A stretch of DNA of 61,546 nucleotides, filler included. It is 9 parts of 9 records of this genome, joined end to end, with 100 filler letters (N's around TTAATTAATTAA, not from the genome) between each part and the next. Parts side by side here need not be neighbours in the genome. Positions count along the whole stretch, not along the records: positions 48,609 to 57,355 come from SRR7504441_6513; positions 57,456 to 61,546 come from SRR7504441_6515; 7 more parts are not named here. One strand, written 5' to 3'. Below, one piece after another: positions 56,561-61,546 of this stretch. The first letter of the stretch is position 1, and the number at the start of each line of letters is the position of its first letter. Under the pieces are notes generated by a model. That model did no database searches, was not told the DNA's origin, and was given only the letters and a program-made list of their open reading frames with translations. Made by a program: the position numbers and the translations under genes.

Positions 56561-57244
56561 CTACTTCTTTTCCTTCTTATCGCCCTTCTTCTTCTTCTTC
56601 TTCTTGTCGCCCTTGGCCCCCGCCGAACGGTGCTTCTCCACCGCCTCCAAAAAGTGCCGCAGCTCCTCATCGCCGTGCTCGTGGCCCGACGAGCCGGCCT
56701 CCTCGTCGTGGTAGTCCCCGGTGAGCGTCAGAAAGTGGTGGCACTCGGATATACACAGCGCTTTCACTTTCTCGAGCTGCTGCACCTTGGCGTTGGGCTG
56801 CAGGTTCATGTTCACCCCTTGCAGCACCGGGATCAGCGCCGACACCGCCACCGACACGTGCTGCGACGCGCCGAGCATGTGGAGCATCGGGACCAGCGTG
56901 CCCAGGCCCATGATCGAGAGCGACAGCATCTTGTCGGCCATGTGCGCCGCCTTGAGCTCGAGATTGACTTGCTTCATCGGCTCCAGGAACAAGTTGTGCA
57001 GCTTGCGCAGCTGGTCCAGAGTGAGCGACTCGATCGTGTGCAACTCCTCGGCAAACGTCCGCAGCGTCGGGTCCTTGGCACACAGCCGCTCCATCTTGTC
57101 TTGCAGCCGCGCCTTCTCGTCCCGCGGCTTGGGCAGCTTGACCCGGTCCATCGCGCCGTAGCTCGATTGGGGGCTCGGCCAGTCCTCGCCGGCCGGCACC
57201 GCCATGCCCAGCATTGTCCGGATGGTTGAGGACAGACCTCCCAT
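56561..57244 (-). CDS. Two-TM SLATT/DUF4231-like protein with poly-Lys tail
   Basis: Two hydrophobic helices (LSLSIMGLGTLVPML, VSVAVSALIPVLQG) followed by ECHHFLTLTGDY...FLEAVE, resembling the DUF4231 E..xFL..xGxY..F...vE signature; start MGGLSS. Confidence 0.65.
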   Translation of the reverse strand: MGGLSSTIRTMLGMAVPAGEDWPSPQSSYGAMDRVKLPKPRDEKARLQDKMERLCAKDPTLRTFAEELHTIESLTLDQLRKLHNLFLEPMKQVNLELKAAHMADKMLSLSIMGLGTLVPMLHMLGASQHVSVAVSALIPVLQGVNMNLQPNAKVQQLEKVKALCISECHHFLTLTGDYHDEEAGSSGHEHGDEELRHFLEAVEKHRSAGAKGDKKKKKKKGDKKEKK

Positions 57245-57355
57245 TGCAGCCCTACCACTCGACGCACCCACGGGCACCCACTCGAACTCGAAATTTTCAA
57301 AACGGAATTTGCATCCTAGGCCTTGTCGTCTGGACTTCAGCCAAGTCAGCTTACA

Positions 57356-57455
57356 NNNNNNNNNNNNNNNNNNNNNNNNNNNNNNNNNNNNNNNNNNNNT
57401 TAATTAATTAANNNNNNNNNNNNNNNNNNNNNNNNNNNNNNNNNNNNNNNNNNNN
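57356..57455. other. Artificial contig-joining linker
   Basis: N-run + TTAATTAATTAA + N-run. Confidence 0.98.
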
Positions 57456-59768
57456 GGAGCACGAGTACGCCGGGACGGTCAAGGCAGGGGGCCGGTTGCC
57501 CTCTGGTCCCCCGTCCAAAAGCGATCTGCGCGAGGCTCTTGCTAGTTGGGAGGCAAGCCACGACCAGCAAACCCCGGCCGCGCAGGCATCGGGTGAGGCC
57601 CTCGACCCCGGGCCCGGGCATGACTGGCTTGTTGCAGCCGCGGGCGCCACGGCGCGGGCTCTTGAGCAGAAGCTGGAGGAGCAGGCCCGGCTTCAAGCGG
57701 ACATCGCCATCAACGCGGCTTGCCAGGCTGCGGCCGCCGAGGCGCTCTCAGACCGGCGGAAGGCCGTCTACTCGTTCTTGTCGGAGGACTACCGGGAGGG
57801 CGGGGTGGCGCCGTACGACCGGAACGATTACTACATCCGGCATCAGGGCGAGAAGCTAGCGGTCACAAGCAACTCTGGCCCCGTGGACCGTCAGGACTCA
57901 AGCTTCAAGATCACCAAGCCGCTGTGCAAGCCCGGGGACGAAGGCTGCCCTGTTCAAAACGCCGGGAGCGCTTGCTGCGTGTCTCTGCAATCAGTCAATT
58001 GGCAGGGGTACTTCCTGATGCAGCACGAGGAGGGCAAGCTGAGCATGTCTGAAAGTGACGGGAGCGCCAATTTCAACAAGGCGGCCACCATGTGTCTGCA
58101 GAACGGGGTGGCCAACCCGACCGCCGGGATCTCGATGCAGCCGCTCGGCGAGAACACGTTCGTGCTCCATGAAGGCTATCACATGGTCGTTGGCGCGATT
58201 GAGGGAGCCGAAGCCTTGGGCTCCGCAGAGGCCGCCACCTTCCGTCTCCGACCGGCGCTCTTCATGGGTGCCTGCCAAGGCCCGGCCAACATGGGAGAGT
58301 GCACCTGCTACGAGGGGTACCTCGGAGACTCGTGTGCTACACCGTGCCCAGGGCTCAAGTTTGTTGCTGGGACCGCCGAAGTGTGTAGCAACCATGGCGA
58401 CTGCGTGCTTGGCGAGAGCGGGACCGCCGAGTGCGCCTGCCAAGCGGGCTTCCTCGGGCGCGAGTGCAACCTCAAGTGTCCGATCTCTTCAACCAACAAC
58501 CTCAAGTGCCACGGGCGCGGCGAGTGCGCGGTCAATGAGGCTTTTCAGCCGACATGCAAATGTGAGAGAGGCTACCTGGGCCTGACCTGTGAGACTGCCT
58601 GTCCGGGAGCCGGCGGCGATCTGGGAGCTTGCTCGAGCCACGGCGACTGCACTATGAACGAGGACAACTCCGCGGCCAAATGCACCTGCCACGACGGCTT
58701 CCAGGGGGATGACTGCTTCCTGGCGTGCCCGAGGGACGGGGCCGACAACGTGTGCGGCGGCAACGGCGAGTGCAAGCATCTCAAAGCCGAGGGCAAGACT
58801 ATGTGTGAATGCAAGCCCGGTTTTGTCGGTCAGGCCTGCGGCCTGGAGTGCCCCCAAAACAAGAAGACCGGCAACCCGTGCAGCGACCGCGGCACGTGCG
58901 TGGAAGAAGACTACAAGTCAGTGTGCAAGTGCAATGGCGGCTTCATGGGCCCTGCCTGTGATGCCGAGTGCCCTGGGCTGACTCAAGTGGAAGGGAACTC
59001 AGTAGGCTGCAGCGGGCATGGCAACTGCGAGTACAAACCAGATCTCGGCTCGGCCCAGTGCAATTGCTTCGAGAAGGATGGCTTCATGGGTGAAGGCTGT
59101 GAGCAGCAGTGCCCGCGCGGTGACAACGATGCCGGGGTCAGTGACGTGTGCTCCGGCCATGGCAAATGCGAGATGGAAGTCAACGAGATGAGCAACCCTG
59201 CCGGCGAGATGGAGACTAAGTGCAAGTGCGATTCACTGTTCACCGGCGACAACTGCGGCGTGACCTGTCCGACCACTGTCAAGGACGCTTCGTGCAGTGG
59301 GCATGGCAAGTGCACTGTGCCTGAAGATGGCAACTCATCCGGTGCGTGCGAATGCGAGAAGGGCTTCATGGGTCCTCACTGCGGGTTTGAATGCCCCAAA
59401 GGCAAAGAAGGCGAGGTGTGCAGCGGCAAAGGCGAGTGCGAAGGTGCCCGCCCCGGCTGCCGGCTGAGCTGACTGCTGCTGTGGCAGCGGACATGACAAG
59501 CGACAGGGCTGTCTGCAAATGCGACGGTGCATTCAGCGGCGATGCCTGTGCAGACTACGCGTGTGGCACAGCACTCTCTGAGCTGGTTGGCGAAAAGTGT
59601 CAGTGCCCTGCCGACAGCGAGAAGTGTTGTAGCCGAGAGGATGCGCTCAAAGCGGCCGCGTTTGACAAGTTTGTGGCTGCGCACAAGGAGATGCTTCGGT
59701 CGGGCAAGAAGGAGCTCGACATGACCAAGCTCGACTTGAGCGAGGTGCTCACCTTGGACGAAGTGTAA
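57456..59768 (+). CDS. AbfB/CBM42-like beta-trefoil + about 10 tenascin/laminin-type EGF repeats (5' truncated, 1 visible intron)
   Basis: YYIRHQG...DSSF, VSLQSVNWQGYFL, AATF (AbfB-like triplet); repeated CS.HG.C....C.C..GF.G..C; a GT-AG intron near 59443 joins to ORF 59391..59768. Confidence 0.8.
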
Positions 59769-60031
59769 TTGATCGGCCGTGGAGAGGACAAGCTTTTACG
59801 CACCAGTCTTTATGTATGATCAAGATGAGTTAATACTTGAAATCATGCATTGATTATTAGCACAATGGACAAGTAACAATAAAAGTTCATTGATCAGCGA
59901 CCTAATGCCTTTGCACTTACATGTGGATACTTTTAAGGCTTTGGTGATTGAACTGATTGTGCATAAGTACTTGGAGCTCGTACCGTGCAACGCGGTCAAT
60001 CATGTACTCGCATTAACTTTGTTCACGGAGC

Positions 60032-61546
60032 CTAGATCCAACGGATCCAACTACTGAAACACATCAGTCGGATGCAAGCAGGCCCTAGAACTGGCCACTG
60101 TTCTTGGACTTGTCGCAGTCTTGATTCCTTTACAGAAGCATCTAGTTTGCTGTGGTCATGCAGCATCCACCCAAGTCCAATTTCGCCTGCGACGTCTTCA
60201 TGGGCCGGTCCAGGGCCAAGCTCCGGGATGTATTTGTCGATTTGGCACAGCAAGAATGCAATAACCTGCGGCAGCGAAGTCTGTGGCAGACCCAGGCCAT
60301 CGCTCAAAATACGATACCGATTCGGAGCTTGAATATCCGGGCAGTCAAAGAAGCTAGCCTCCACGAATCCAAGATTGAGTATTGAGACAGGTGGCGCGTT
60401 GTTCATTGCGGCACAGATCTCAACAGTACGCCACATGCCGCCCGTTTGGGAATCAATCGAGACTCGGAGCCCACTCTCGAAGCTAATCAAGCAGTTCTGG
60501 TAGAAGTCTGGGCCCAGTTCATAGGAGAAATCGTCATCTTCCTCCAACTGTGTCACGCCGTGGTGGATGACAGCAGCCGTCTTCATCAGTCGAGGGATCT
60601 CTGGGCAGTCCATGAACGCGAGCGGCTGCTCCTGCCACTCAAAAGAGCTCTGGCGGTCGGCGCTCGCAAAGTAATCAGCCACACTAATCGTGATGTCGTG
60701 CTTCAAGCGCATGTGTAGGATGATGTCATCGTGCAGACCAGCAGCGTTACACCCCTCCACACAGCACCTCCAGCCCATGGAGAAGCCCTGGAAGCGCTCG
60801 ACTGGTTTGCAGTGCCCTCCATCCTTAGCCTCAACCTGAGCCTTGTTATTGTTCCAGCACATTCCAATTGGCACGCTACCCACATTGGGGCACCGCAGAG
60901 CAGCCAGCTGGTCACCAGGCCGAGCGTACAAGTGCTCTAGCTTTGACCGCTTCTTCTGCGGCTTATCGGTCTGAAGACTTTTCTCGAATCTGACTTTGGC
61001 TGCTTCCTGCCTGTGAAGGATCTTGGTCTCGAGTTGGTCTGCCCCACCATGCTTCTTGTACGAAGCTGCAACCACATCACTGAGCAAATAGAAAGTGCTC
61101 ACGCGCCCCTCCTTGCGCGAGACCGGCTTGGATGTGGCCGCCTGCTGGGGCAGATCTGAGGTGATGGACGAGGAGGACAAACGGGGTGACTCCAGCCGCA
61201 CGCCGGCCCGCCTCGGCTGTTCAGGAAGCTCTGCGCTCGGCAAGGCTTTGAGCTCTTGAGCGCTGAGTAAGAAGCACTCTCGCGCCCGGGAAAACTGAAT
61301 GAGCCACGAGCTTTGCTGGCTCTCCTGGCAATCGGGGCACGTGCGCCGGAGAGTCACTGGGTTGCCACCGCAGGCCATCGCGCCGCACCAATAGCACGAG
61401 TCGGAGACCAGGCATCCCAGCGCGCGGCCCCACCCGACGCGCTCGATCACCTCTGGGCGGGGAGCGGCCCAGCAGCTGAGCAGTCCCGGCTCGTTCGTCC
61501 AGGAGGATCGCTCCAGGGAGATCCGCAGGCGGCGGGAGCCTCTCTC
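60032..61546 (-). CDS. Hypothetical protein with XPA-C-like DNA-binding segment and Cys/His motifs (starts beyond window)
   Basis: CYWC..CPDC, ARECFLLSAQELKAL...FYLLSDVVAASYKKHGG (XPA C-terminal-like), CCVEGC....H....H; frame is open to the window end. Confidence 0.55.
   Translation of the reverse strand, partial: ERGSRRLRISLERSSWTNEPGLLSCWAAPRPEVIERVGWGRALGCLVSDSCYWCGAMACGGNPVTLRRTCPDCQESQQSSWLIQFSRARECFLLSAQELKALPSAELPEQPRRAGVRLESPRLSSSSITSDLPQQAATSKPVSRKEGRVSTFYLLSDVVAASYKKHGGADQLETKILHRQEAAKVRFEKSLQTDKPQKKRSKLEHLYARPGDQLAALRCPNVGSVPIGMCWNNNKAQVEAKDGGHCKPVERFQGFSMGWRCCVEGCNAAGLHDDIILHMRLKHDITISVADYFASADRQSSFEWQEQPLAFMDCPEIPRLMKTAAVIHHGVTQLEEDDDFSYELGPDFYQNCLISFESGLRVSIDSQTGGMWRTVEICAAMNNAPPVSILNLGFVEASFFDCPDIQAPNRYRILSDGLGLPQTSLPQVIAFLLCQIDKYIPELGPGPAHEDVAGEIGLGWMLHDHSKLDASVKESRLRQVQEQWPVLGPACIRLMCFSSWIRWI

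Noticed and set aside
4099-57455. Regularly recurring TTAATTAATTAA flanked by N runs, and ORFs ending in XXXLIN
   Set aside because: Artificial concatenation linker, not a biological repeat. Gene neighbourhoods across linkers are meaningless.

Overview
This is eukaryotic, GC-rich, very gene-dense protist-type DNA. It consists of nine unrelated contigs joined by eight artificial 100-nt linkers (44 N + TTAATTAATTAA + 44 N), so adjacency is only meaningful within a contig. Housekeeping genes that can be recognised are ALG11, exportin-4, a kinesin, strumpellin/WASHC5, epsilon-tubulin (implying centrioles/flagella) and two MFS transporters. Many genes are split by tiny introns (about 36-45 nt), and an unusually large share of these are GC-AG. 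Genes are often head-to-head with spacers of about 50-160 bp. The most striking candidates are: (1) a roughly 18-intron gene encoding ubiquitin-like + Schlafen/AlbA_2 nuclease + NACHT/STAND-like P-loop + ankyrin repeats, an NLR-like receptor with an RNase effector, on the same contig as a U-box/TRIM-like gene and a SLATT/DUF4231 two-TM gene; (2) two diverged paralogous secreted polycation/polyanion proteins transcribed divergently from a near-perfect 42-bp palindrome; (3) a B3-domain chromatin protein (Tudor-B3-C2H2-PHD); (4) bacterial-type domains and fusions (RNHCP, DUF885-S10 carboxypeptidase, GH78 with an inserted PAN domain, AbfB-EGF). All domain calls come from reading motifs by eye; no searches were run.
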